Shown in pieces: positions 1-9,000 of a stretch of 64,000 nucleotides of DNA (the first letter of the stretch is position 1; each line of letters starts with the position of its first letter). Below the pieces are notes generated by a model. The model was not told the origin of the DNA. It made no database searches and was given only the letters and a program-made list of their open reading frames with translations. The position numbers and the translations under genes were made by a program. Source of the DNA: Bacteroidota bacterium (GTDB lineage Bacteria; Bacteroidota; Ignavibacteria; UBA10030); assembly GCA_021813905.1 (NCBI GenBank), contig JAKAJH010000009.1, forward strand, positions 7,346 to 71,345. The letters run 5' to 3'.

Positions 1-1
1 G

Positions 2-1882
2 GCCGAGGTCGGATCGGGACGATTCGGCAACTGGCTGGAAGAAAACAAGGACTGGGCGCTGTCACGCGACCGGTTCTGGGGCACGCCGCTGCCGATCTGG
101 ATCTGCGAGTCCTGCGGGAAGCAGAAGTGCGTCGGAAGCGTGGCGGAGCTGCGGCAGGGAGCCAACGTGCCGGAGCCCCTGGACCTGCACAAGCCGCACG
201 TGGACGCCGTGACGTTCCCCTGCGCCTGCGGCGGCACCATGCGTCGCACGCCCGAGCTGATCGACGTCTGGTTCGATTCCGGCTCCATGCCGTTCGCGCA
301 GTGGCACTACCCGTTCGAGAACAAGGACGTGTTCGAAAAGGCGTATCCCGCCGACTTCATTTCGGAGGGGATCGATCAGACACGCGGCTGGTTCTACACG
401 CTGCACTCCATCGGCACATTCCTGTTCGATCGGCCGACGTTCCGCAACGTGCTGGTCAACGAGCTGATCCTCGATAAGAACGGCCAGAAGATGTCGAAGT
501 CGAAGAAGAACACCGTCGATCCGTTCGCGCTGATGCAGACCTACGGCGCTGACACGGTGCGGTGGTTCCTGGTGGCACAAAGTCCGGTGTGGCGCCCCAC
601 GCTGTTCGACGAGGAAGGTCTGGGCGAGGTGCAGCGGAAGTTCTTCAGCACGCTCGTGAACACGTATTCGTTCCTGGCACTGTACGCGAACATCGACGGA
701 TTCGACGGCACCGCAACGCGCATTCCGGTCGCTGAGCGGCCGGAGATCGACCGGTGGATCCTCTCCGAGCTCAATACGCTCATCCGCAACGAGCGGGAAT
801 GGGTGGATGGATATGATGTGACGCGCGCGGCACGCGGCATCAGCGACTTCACCGTCGATCTGCTCTCGAACTGGTACGTGCGCCGCAACCGGCGCCGGTT
901 CTGGAAGAGCGAGAACGGCACGGACAAACTCGCGGCCTACCAGACGCTCCATGAATGTCTGCGCACGGTCAGCCTGCTCATGGCGCCGTTCGCTCCGTTT
1001 CTCGCGGAGGAGCTGTACCGGAACCTGACCGCGGCGGGGAACCCAGATCCGGCGCGCTCTGTTCATCTGGAGTCGTTGCCGGAACCGGATGCGTCGGCGA
1101 TCGACGCGGAACTGGAACGGCGCATGGAGCGCGCCATCCGCATCGTCGGTCTCGTGCGCGCCATGCGGATGAAGTCCAATCTCAAAGTGCGCCAGCCGCT
1201 GCAAAAGATCATTGTGCCGGTCAAGAGTGCGGCCGATCAGCGCGAGCTGGAGCGCATGCAGGATGTCATCCTCGAAGAGATTAACGTGAAGTCGGTGGAG
1301 TACGTCACGGACGAATCGTCGATCATCAAGAAAAAGGCGAAGCCGAACTTCAAATCGATCGGCCCCAAGTTCGGTAAGGCGGTGCAGCCGGTGGCCGCAC
1401 GGCTCAAAGAGCTCACGGCGGCGGAGATCGCGCGGCTGCAGTCGACGGGATCGCTCACCCTCGCGATCGGCGGCGCGGAGTATGCCGTCACGCCCGACGA
1501 TGTCGAGATCCTGCACGAGGACATCCAGGGCTGGCTCGTGGAAAGCGACGGACAGACGACCATCGCGTTGGATACCGCGCTGACGGATGCGCTGATCGAC
1601 GAAGGGCTTGCGCGCGAGTTCGTCAGCCGCGTCCAAAACCTCCGGAAAGATTCGGGATTCGATGTGACGGACCGGATCCGCATCTACTGCCGCGTCACAG
1701 ACCGGTTGGGACGTGCGTTGGACCGGATGGCTGACTATGTGAAGCAGGAGACGCTTGCGCGGGAGCTGGTCCGGCTGGAGGACGGCACGGCGGCATCCGC
1801 GTCATGGAAGGAAGAAGAGATCAACGGCGAGCATTCCCGCATCGGCGTGGAACGCGTCGCGGAACGGAACGATCACCACTAA
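2..1882 (+). CDS. ileS: Isoleucine--tRNA ligase, type 2 (5'-truncated by window edge)
   Basis: Frame open from position 2 (AEVGSGRFGNWLEENKDWALSRDRFWGTPLPIW); contains DVWFDSGSMPFAQWHYPF, EGIDQTRGWFY, KMSKS, and the type-2 C-terminal ALDTALT..EGLARE..RK..DRI motif. Confidence 0.97.
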   Translation, partial: AEVGSGRFGNWLEENKDWALSRDRFWGTPLPIWICESCGKQKCVGSVAELRQGANVPEPLDLHKPHVDAVTFPCACGGTMRRTPELIDVWFDSGSMPFAQWHYPFENKDVFEKAYPADFISEGIDQTRGWFYTLHSIGTFLFDRPTFRNVLVNELILDKNGQKMSKSKKNTVDPFALMQTYGADTVRWFLVAQSPVWRPTLFDEEGLGEVQRKFFSTLVNTYSFLALYANIDGFDGTATRIPVAERPEIDRWILSELNTLIRNEREWVDGYDVTRAARGISDFTVDLLSNWYVRRNRRRFWKSENGTDKLAAYQTLHECLRTVSLLMAPFAPFLAEELYRNLTAAGNPDPARSVHLESLPEPDASAIDAELERRMERAIRIVGLVRAMRMKSNLKVRQPLQKIIVPVKSAADQRELERMQDVILEEINVKSVEYVTDESSIIKKKAKPNFKSIGPKFGKAVQPVAARLKELTAAEIARLQSTGSLTLAIGGAEYAVTPDDVEILHEDIQGWLVESDGQTTIALDTALTDALIDEGLAREFVSRVQNLRKDSGFDVTDRIRIYCRVTDRLGRALDRMADYVKQETLARELVRLEDGTAASASWKEEEINGEHSRIGVERVAERNDHH

Positions 1883-1899
1883 CCGCTGGGATTGGGCGT

Positions 1900-2400
1900 A
1901 TGGCGAAGAAAATTGTGAAGAAGGCTGCGGCAAAGAAACCGGTGAAACGCGCGACAGCGCGCCCGGCCAAAGCGGCGGCAGCGCGGACGACAAGCTCCAA
2001 GGGTCAGGCCCCCGACAAGGCGCCGGTCCGGAAGGGCTACAGCAAACAGGACCTCGAGCATTTCCGGAAGATCATCCTCGAAAAGCGCAAAGAGATCCTC
2101 GACGAACTCGAGTCGCTCAAATCCACGATGATGGATGTGACGACGGGACAGTACGAGATCGAGAATTCCACCTACTCGCTCCACATGGAGCAGGGGACGG
2201 ACGCCATGGAACGGGAGAAGACGTTTCTGTTCGCCTCCCGCGAAGGCAAGTTCCTGAACTATCTCGACGATGCGCTCAAGCGGATCGACCGCGGCGTGTA
2301 CGGGTTCTGCACGGAGTGCGGCAGCCTCATCGACCGCGAGCGTCTCGAAGCCGTTCCGCACGCGCATCAGTGCGTTAAATGCAAAACGAAGAAGAAGTGA
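1900..2400 (+). CDS. TraR/DksA-family C4 zinc-finger protein
   Basis: C-terminal YGFCTEC...ERLEAVPHAHQCVKC zinc finger after a coiled coil; lies between ileS and lspA; ATG at 1900 chosen over the overlapping upstream ATG. Confidence 0.9.
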   Translation: MAKKIVKKAAAKKPVKRATARPAKAAAARTTSSKGQAPDKAPVRKGYSKQDLEHFRKIILEKRKEILDELESLKSTMMDVTTGQYEIENSTYSLHMEQGTDAMEREKTFLFASREGKFLNYLDDALKRIDRGVYGFCTECGSLIDRERLEAVPHAHQCVKCKTKKK

Positions 2401-2467
2401 ATGAGTGTGATGAATCTCCGCTTTCGCCGCTCCCCTGATCGGCCCCGGCACCGGGGAGGACGCTGAC

Positions 2468-3103
2468 ATGCGCGTCCTGTACCTGACCGCGAGTGTCGTC
2501 TTCGCCGACCAGCTCACGAAGCTGTTGGTGAAGGGATTCCGCATTCCGTTCCTGCATTTCTATCACGAGGGCATGCAGCTCGGTGAAAGCATCCCCGTCA
2601 TCGGTGATCTGTTTCGTCTGACCTACATTGAGAATCCGGGAATGGCCTTCGGCATCGAGGTCGGCGGACGGCTCTTCATCACGGTGTTCTCGATTCTTGC
2701 CAGTATTGCCATCGCCTGGTACCTCTACAAGATCCGGAACGAATCCTTTGTGATCCGGCTGTCGCTGGCGTTGATCCTCGCCGGAGCCGTCGGCAACCTC
2801 ATCGACCGGGTCTTCTACGGCGTCATCTTCGGCGAGGCCCCGCTGTTCTACGGCAAGGTCGTCGATTTCGTGGACCTGGATTTCATCGACCTGAACTTCC
2901 TGGGCATTCACATGACGCGCTGGGCGGTGTTCAACATCGCCGATGCGTCCGTCACGATCGGCGTGGTGATGATGCTCCTGTTCCACCGGCGGTTCACGCA
3001 CGTGGATGCATCGGCCCGCGAACCGGCCACTCCGCTGGCAAGCGGTGAGACCGGTCCCACGGATGATCCTCCCGCCGGCCCTTCACAACCCGTCTCTTCC
3101 TGA
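2468..3103 (+). CDS. lspA: Lipoprotein signal peptidase II
   Basis: DQLTK, ENPGMAFG, GAVGNLIDR, VVDF, VFNIAD motifs; hydrophobic helices; GGAGG upstream. Confidence 0.96.
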   Translation: MRVLYLTASVVFADQLTKLLVKGFRIPFLHFYHEGMQLGESIPVIGDLFRLTYIENPGMAFGIEVGGRLFITVFSILASIAIAWYLYKIRNESFVIRLSLALILAGAVGNLIDRVFYGVIFGEAPLFYGKVVDFVDLDFIDLNFLGIHMTRWAVFNIADASVTIGVVMMLLFHRRFTHVDASAREPATPLASGETGPTDDPPAGPSQPVSS

Positions 3104-3108
3104 TTCCA

Positions 3109-4104
3109 ATGACCGTTTCTGAGCCGACGACCGGTTCGGAATCCGCCCGCGAGACTCTCCGATTCGTTGTCCCGGAGGGAGAGCATCGCAAACGCATCGA
3201 TATCTACCTGACGCGTCAGGTCGAGAACGCCACGCGCACGAAAGTGCAGCGCGCGATCGATGCCGGCGCGGTGCTGGTCAACGGCAAAGCGATCAGGTCC
3301 AGTTATCAGCTCAATCCCGGCGACGTCATCGACATCACGCTCCCGCGGCCGCCGCGACCCCAGGCGCTGCCCGAAGATATCCCGCTCACCATCGTCCACG
3401 AGGACGATGAGATGCTGATCGTCAACAAGCCGGCCGGCATGGTGACGCACCCGGCGTACGGCAATTACACCGGCACGCTTGTCAACGCGCTGCTGCATCA
3501 CTCCCGGTCCCTTTCGCGCGTCCGCTCCGATCTTCGTCCGGGGATCGTGCATCGGCTCGACAAGGACACGACGGGACTGATGGTGGTGGCGAAGACCGAC
3601 CGGGCCCATACGCTCCTGGCGGCGCAATTCTCGAAGCGCACGATCGACCGTGAATACTGGGCGATCGTCTGGGGACGGTTCGGCGAGCCGTCCGGCATCA
3701 TCGAAGCGAATCTTGCGCGCAGCAAGAAGGATCGCAAGAAGGTGGCGGTCTCGGCGGATGGGAAGCCGGCGGTGACCGAGTACCGCGTGCTGAAGGAGTT
3801 CGAATTCCTGTCGCTGGTTCGCCTGAAACTCCGCACCGGGCGCACGCATCAGATCCGTGTGCACCTGGCGCACATCGGCCATCCGGTCTTCGGTGATCCG
3901 ACGTACGGCGGTCGCAACGATCAGTGGGGGGGACTGGAAAAGAAGAAGTCGAAGCAGGCGGCCAATCTTCTCAAGCTGATCTCGCGGCAGGCGCTGCACG
4001 CGAAGACCATCGGCTTCGTGCATCCGGCAACGAACGAGCGGATTTTCTTTGAATCGGATCTGCCTCCCGACATGCAGGACGTGCTCCGTTCCCTGGGGGC
4101 GTGA
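3109..4104 (+). CDS. rluD: RluA/RluD-family 23S rRNA pseudouridine synthase with S4 domain
   Basis: N-terminal S4 (RIDIYL), VNKPAGMVTHP, GIVHRLDKDTTG, TGRTHQIRVH, RQALHA. Confidence 0.93.
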   Translation: MTVSEPTTGSESARETLRFVVPEGEHRKRIDIYLTRQVENATRTKVQRAIDAGAVLVNGKAIRSSYQLNPGDVIDITLPRPPRPQALPEDIPLTIVHEDDEMLIVNKPAGMVTHPAYGNYTGTLVNALLHHSRSLSRVRSDLRPGIVHRLDKDTTGLMVVAKTDRAHTLLAAQFSKRTIDREYWAIVWGRFGEPSGIIEANLARSKKDRKKVAVSADGKPAVTEYRVLKEFEFLSLVRLKLRTGRTHQIRVHLAHIGHPVFGDPTYGGRNDQWGGLEKKKSKQAANLLKLISRQALHAKTIGFVHPATNERIFFESDLPPDMQDVLRSLGA

Positions 4105-4122
4105 GCCGGAAGGAACGAAAAG

Positions 4123-4157
4123 AAACGCCCGCTGGCGACCAGGCCCGGCGGGCGTTT
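4123..4157. terminator. Probable bidirectional intrinsic terminator
   Basis: Inverted repeat AAACGCCCGCTGG...CCGGCGGGCGTTT flanked by A-rich and T-rich tracts, between convergent rluD and the 4198-5331 gene. Confidence 0.75.
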
Positions 4158-4197
4158 GTGTTGATGAGGCCGGATCACCCCGTGATCCGGAAAAGCG

Positions 4198-5331
4198 CTA
4201 CCGTCGTCGTTCGCGACGGTCGTTCGAAGGTTCCCGCCGCGGGGAAGGTTCAGCCTCGCGGGTCCGCGTGTTCGGAGCGGGCCGCTGGCGATCGAAGCGC
4301 TCCATCAGGTCCCTCCGCATTTCGCTTCGTTCGCGTGTCGGAGTCCGCCGTTCCATCTTCGGGCGCGATTCCGGCTGCACCTGCCGCTCGCGTTGCGGCC
4401 GCTGCGGCTCAGGCGCCGGCTGGGCTTCCGGACGACGCTGCGGTTCTGTCCGAACGGCTCCCGGTTCGGTCCGTGGCGGCGTGGCAGGCGTGAAGACATC
4501 ATTGCTGATGCGCCGATCGCCGCGCCGGGCGGTGACAGTGCCGGGCGCCGTGCGCAGGTCGCGGTCATTCGGCCGCATGGTCTCGATCCGCTCGATGCGT
4601 TGCGCGCCTCCCGGCCGCACGATCTGCTCTCCCTGTCGGTCGGTCCGGTCGATCACTTCCGTGCGCTCGAATCGCCGGCGTCCGTGCTGCTCGAAGAATG
4701 TCCGATCCACACCGGCGTTGAACACCCGATCACCGCGCATTTCATACGATCGCTGGGTCCGTGTCACGCCGATCAGTCGCCGCGCTCGCGATTCCGGGAC
4801 CACATCGCGATAGCGGATCTCGTCGCCGAAACGATTGACCCCCACGAAGTTCCAGTAGCGCGCCGGCGCCGCCCAGCGATGCCCGAACGAGATGCCGACG
4901 GAAACGTGAAATGTCGCGAACGGAGGTAACGGTGCCCACCCGACATACGCATCGTCGTATCGCCACTCGACCCACGCCGGGCCCCACACGTCGTCGGGCA
5001 CCCAGATCCATCCGCAATAATCGTCGTACGTCCAGCGGCCATAATGGTACGTGACCCACCCGAACGGTTCACTCGAGACCCAGTACCATCCGTAGTCGGT
5101 CCACATCCACCGTCCCAGCATGTACGGCCGCCAACTCCGGCGCATATGCAGCGGACGCCACACGTACATGCCGTCGTTGATGACGATCCATTCTCCGTAG
5201 GGGAGCAGCGGACGATAGAAGTAACCGAACCGGAATTCGACGCCGCTTGCGGGAGTTGCCGCGTGCGATGCTTCCGGCGCGACGGAACCGATCAGCAGCA
5301 CACCGAACAGCAAAAAGAATGTCTTCTTCAT
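4198..5331 (-). CDS. Secreted DUF6600-like protein with Arg/Glu/Pro-rich tail
   Basis: Signal peptide MKKTFFLLFGVLL; Trp/Gly/Tyr-rich core (LLPYGEW, WVTYHYGRW, WGPAWVEWR, YVGWAPLPP); GAGGTG SD before ATG 5331. Confidence 0.8.
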   Translation of the reverse strand: MKKTFFLLFGVLLIGSVAPEASHAATPASGVEFRFGYFYRPLLPYGEWIVINDGMYVWRPLHMRRSWRPYMLGRWMWTDYGWYWVSSEPFGWVTYHYGRWTYDDYCGWIWVPDDVWGPAWVEWRYDDAYVGWAPLPPFATFHVSVGISFGHRWAAPARYWNFVGVNRFGDEIRYRDVVPESRARRLIGVTRTQRSYEMRGDRVFNAGVDRTFFEQHGRRRFERTEVIDRTDRQGEQIVRPGGAQRIERIETMRPNDRDLRTAPGTVTARRGDRRISNDVFTPATPPRTEPGAVRTEPQRRPEAQPAPEPQRPQRERQVQPESRPKMERRTPTRERSEMRRDLMERFDRQRPAPNTRTREAEPSPRREPSNDRRERRR

Positions 5332-5370
5332 GGCAGTCACCTCACTGGAGCCGTTTGCTGATGCAATGGG

Positions 5371-5386
5371 TGCAAGACTCGTACCA
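5371..5386 (-). promoter_or_regulatory. sigma54 (-24/-12) promoter for the DUF6600-like gene
   Basis: Minus strand TGGTAC-GAGTC-TTGCA; GG-N10-GC spacing is exact and it matches TGGYAC-N5-TTGCW, about 40 nt upstream of the start codon. Confidence 0.7.
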
Positions 5387-5659
5387 CCCGCCGCAGGCGT
5401 AATCAGGGGAATGAATGGCGCTGTCACTCTTCGATCCGTCCACTGAAATATGCAATTCGTGTTGTTGAATGGACAGTGCCTTGGCTTGATTCACTGGACA
5501 AAAAGCCGCAATTTCACGCCAAAGTTCGTTTCAGATACCGTGCGGAACCGGTGCGACGACCCGGAAACTGCCCGGAATTTCGGGTATTGTGGCCGACGCA
5601 AAACCGGCGGGGCCCGTCCTGCACCGCAGGGAAATCTTTAGACAAAGGAGTAAGCGTCA

Positions 5660-5839
5660 ATGGCAGCAATCGATACGTTCGACTGGTACGTGAGCAAATT
5701 CTATCCGCATCCCGATCCGCAGACGGAGCAGAGACTTCGCTCGGAACGGGCAAAACTCCTGGATCTCCGGAACGAGGACATGCGGAAGCGATTCGTCGAC
5801 GCGCTCGTGGCGCGCGCCCACGCGGACGCAAAGCACTGA
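5660..5839 (+). CDS. Small hypothetical protein (59 aa), absent from the ORF track
   Basis: AAAGGAG SD 9 nt before ATG; translates MAAIDTFDWYVSKFYPHPDPQTEQRLRSERAKLLDLRNEDMRKRFVDALVARAHADAKH*; fills an otherwise empty intergenic gap. Confidence 0.7.
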   Translation: MAAIDTFDWYVSKFYPHPDPQTEQRLRSERAKLLDLRNEDMRKRFVDALVARAHADAKH

Positions 5840-5893
5840 TTCGCCCCTCATGGTTCTTCCGTCCATCCTCCGTCAATCGATGAGTCTCAGATC

Positions 5894-8368
5894 ATGAAGC
5901 GTCTCTCGCTCTTCCTCGTCCTGATTGCCGTTGCTGCCGCGTCGTTGCGCGCACAGTGGCACTCGATCGGCAACGCCGATTCCGTCCGGATGGCCGACGG
6001 CCGAACCCTCGAGCTGCGTGCCGGAACCACCGGCGTTCGCATCACGATCCTGGCGGACGATCTGGTGAGGATCCAGGCGGATCAACAAGGGACTCCGCCT
6101 TCCGGCTCGTCGGTGGCAGTCGAGAAGACCGACTGGCCCGAGATCCTGCCATCCGCGATGCTCACCGGTGATTCGGCCGTCCTGTCCACGAGTCAGATTA
6201 CTGTTGTCGTGACAAAGTCTCCTGTCCGGATCACTGTGCGGAAGCAGGATGGCACGGTGCTCTGCCAGGATGACGAGCGGGGGATGGCCTGGGACGGCGC
6301 AAACATCCGCGTGTGGAAGAAGCGCCAGGCGGGCGAGCAATTCTTCGGACTGGGAGAGAAGACCGGCGCGCTGAACCGGACCGGCAAGGCGTTCGCCATG
6401 TGGAATTCCGACATCCCCGCGTACAAGGCTGACACGGATCCGCTGTATGAGTCAATCCCGTTTTTCTATTCGCTCCGCCATGGAGCCGTGTACGGGATCT
6501 ACTTCGACGATACGTACCGGACATCATTCGATCTCGGCGTCGAGTCACCGGACGCGTACTCGTTCGGTGCGACAGGCGGGGCCATTGACTACTACGTCTT
6601 CGCCGGACAGACTCCTCGCCAAATCCTCGGACGGTTCACGGAATTGGTCGGGCGCATGCCGATGCCGCCCCGATGGGCGCTCGGCTATCAGCAATGCCGC
6701 TGGAGCTACTCGCCGGAGAGCAAGGTCCGGGCGATCGCAAGAACCTTCCGGCAGAAGAAGATCCCGTGCGACGTGATTTATCTCGACATCGACTACATGG
6801 ACGGCTACCGCGTGTTCACGTGGAGTCCGAAGAATTTTCCCGAACCGAAGAAGCTCCTTGCAGATCTTGCGGCGGAGGGATTCAAGGTCGTGACCATCAT
6901 CGATCCCGGCATCAAGGCCGATTCGGCATACCATGCATTTCAGACGGGACTCGCCGACAACGCGTTTCTGAAGTATCCGGACGGACGGTTGTATCTGGGA
7001 AAGGTCTGGCCGGGCATTTGCGCGTTTCCCGACTTCACGGACGCGGCGGCCCGGGCATGGTGGGGAGCGAATTTCTCCGTTCTGATCGACGCCGGCGTCC
7101 GGGGATTCTGGAATGACATGAATGAACCTTCGGTCTTCGATGTCCCATCGAAGACGATCGACCTCGACGTGGTGCACAACGACGACGGTCGCCGGACATC
7201 GCATGCCGCGAATCACAATATCTACGGTCTGCAGATGACCCGCGCGACGTATGACGGCGTCCGCGCGCTCCGGCCGGAGGAACGGCCGTTCATTCTCACG
7301 CGCGCATCGTTTGCCGGCGGACAGCGCTACGCCGCCGCGTGGACAGGAGACAACGTATCGTCGTGGGAACATCTGCAGCTTGCCGTCCCGATGTGTCTCG
7401 GGCTGAGCATCTCGGGCCAGCCGTTCGTCGGGACGGACATCGGCGGATTCATCGGCGCGCCGGACGGCGAACTGTTCGCCCGATGGCTTCAGCTGGGCGT
7501 CTTCACGCCGCTCATGCGCGCCCATAGCGTCATCAACAGCCCGGACAAGGAGCCGTGGGCGTTCGGTCCGGTGTACGAGGCCGTGAACCGATCGACCATC
7601 GAACTCCGCTACCGGTTGCTGCCGTACATCTACAATGCGATGCATCGTGCCAGCATCACCGGCATTCCGCCCATGCGTCCGTTGATCTTCGACTTTCCGA
7701 ACGACGACGCCTATCTGATGGACGAGACCGACTTCTTGTTCGGGGACGACCTGCTGGTGGCGCCGGTACTCTGGCCGGGACAGCGAACGCAGGACGTGCG
7801 TTTGCCGGCCGGGACGTGGTACGACTACTGGACAGACCGCGAATTCCGAGGCGGCGCGAACGTCACGGTCGAAGCGCCCATTGACCGCGTCCCGTTCTTC
7901 GTGAAGGCCGGTGCCATCCTCCCGACGCAGCAGCCCATGCAGTACGTCGATCAGGCGCCCGTCAGCCCGCTCACGTTGACTGTCTATCCGGCGGATTCAT
8001 CTTCGACGACGTATTACGGCGATGACGGGATTTCATTCGGATACCGGAAGGGCCAGTACTCTGAGCGGACGATCACGCAGCAGCGTTCCGCCGCACGCGT
8101 CGTGCTCACGTTCACGGCGAGCGAGGGTTCCTATCCGGTCCCGCGCCGGTACGTGGATGTTCGGTTTCTGCATGTCGCCGAGGCTCCCGCGTCGGTTGCG
8201 ATCGAAGGAAAGGTGCTTGCGCGTCTGGGGAAGACGGACGGGGGAGAGGGATGGTGGTTCGACGGGAAGAAACATCTGCTCGGCGTCCGCATGACGGATC
8301 GCGCGGAGGCATTTACGGTCTCCGCGACGTTCGCATCGTCCGATGCCGGAGGAGTGCGGCGCCGTTGA
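5894..8368 (+). CDS. Glycoside hydrolase family 31 (alpha-glucosidase-like), secreted
   Basis: Signal peptide; GYQQCRWSY, IYLDIDYMDG, GFWNDMNEPS (nucleophile), AWTGDN (acid/base), GTDIGGF. Confidence 0.93.
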   Translation: MKRLSLFLVLIAVAAASLRAQWHSIGNADSVRMADGRTLELRAGTTGVRITILADDLVRIQADQQGTPPSGSSVAVEKTDWPEILPSAMLTGDSAVLSTSQITVVVTKSPVRITVRKQDGTVLCQDDERGMAWDGANIRVWKKRQAGEQFFGLGEKTGALNRTGKAFAMWNSDIPAYKADTDPLYESIPFFYSLRHGAVYGIYFDDTYRTSFDLGVESPDAYSFGATGGAIDYYVFAGQTPRQILGRFTELVGRMPMPPRWALGYQQCRWSYSPESKVRAIARTFRQKKIPCDVIYLDIDYMDGYRVFTWSPKNFPEPKKLLADLAAEGFKVVTIIDPGIKADSAYHAFQTGLADNAFLKYPDGRLYLGKVWPGICAFPDFTDAAARAWWGANFSVLIDAGVRGFWNDMNEPSVFDVPSKTIDLDVVHNDDGRRTSHAANHNIYGLQMTRATYDGVRALRPEERPFILTRASFAGGQRYAAAWTGDNVSSWEHLQLAVPMCLGLSISGQPFVGTDIGGFIGAPDGELFARWLQLGVFTPLMRAHSVINSPDKEPWAFGPVYEAVNRSTIELRYRLLPYIYNAMHRASITGIPPMRPLIFDFPNDDAYLMDETDFLFGDDLLVAPVLWPGQRTQDVRLPAGTWYDYWTDREFRGGANVTVEAPIDRVPFFVKAGAILPTQQPMQYVDQAPVSPLTLTVYPADSSSTTYYGDDGISFGYRKGQYSERTITQQRSAARVVLTFTASEGSYPVPRRYVDVRFLHVAEAPASVAIEGKVLARLGKTDGGEGWWFDGKKHLLGVRMTDRAEAFTVSATFASSDAGGVRRR

Positions 8369-9000
8369 CCATCCGGGCGATCATTGTCATCGCGGCATAT
8401 CTCGCCGCACAGATGCTCTCGGACATCACCAGCCTGAAGATCATCGCGATCGCCGGTCTGTCGATGGATGCGGGAACACTCGTTTATCCGCTGACGTTCA
8501 CTTTGCGCGACCTGGTGCACAAGTCGCTTGGCATGCAGGCGGCGCGGGTTCTCATCGTCACGGCGGCGGTGATCAATGTCGTCATGGCCGTGTTGTTCTG
8601 GCTGGTCTCCGTGATCCCGGGCGATCCGCAGATCGGCCCGCAGACCGCGTTCGCGGCGGTGCTGGCGCCGGTGTGGCGCATCGTCGGCGCGTCCATCGCG
8701 GCGGAGGTGCTGGCGGAGCTGCTTGATACGGAAGTGTATCACCGCTGGTCGCTGAGGATGGGCTCGCGGTACCAGTGGTCGCGCGTGCTGGTCAGCAACG
8801 GCGTCAGCACGCCGATCGACAGCATGCTGTTCGCCTGGCTGGCATTCGGCGGCATGTATCCGGCGGCGGTGGTGTGGGGCATCGTGGCCAGCAACGTTCT
8901 TCTGAAGTACGGCATGACCATCGTCGGTATGCCGCTCATCTATACCGTGCGCGAGCAACCTGCGCACGAAGCCATGCAGGACCCCGGAGCAGTGTCATGA
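8365..9000 (+). CDS. VUT/YhhQ-family (queuosine-precursor-type) transporter
   Basis: Hydrophobic; [31 protein letters not shown] motifs; TTG start overlaps the GH31 stop (TTGA) with GGAGGAG upstream. Confidence 0.82.
   Translation: MTIRAIIVIAAYLAAQMLSDITSLKIIAIAGLSMDAGTLVYPLTFTLRDLVHKSLGMQAARVLIVTAAVINVVMAVLFWLVSVIPGDPQIGPQTAFAAVLAPVWRIVGASIAAEVLAELLDTEVYHRWSLRMGSRYQWSRVLVSNGVSTPIDSMLFAWLAFGGMYPAAVVWGIVASNVLLKYGMTIVGMPLIYTVREQPAHEAMQDPGAVS

Noticed and set aside
62..1636. 524-aa minus-strand ORF, and similar long antisense ORFs (20523-22787, 13896-15332, 9597-10802, 55818-57005)
   Set aside because: They are shadows of well-supported genes on the other strand, expected in high-GC coding DNA, and carry no recognisable motifs.
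8340..8370. preQ1 riboswitch ahead of the VUT gene (or ahead of the QrtT-like gene near 53975)
   Set aside because: There is little or no leader space, since both follow upstream genes closely, and no preQ1 hairpin with A-rich tail is visible.
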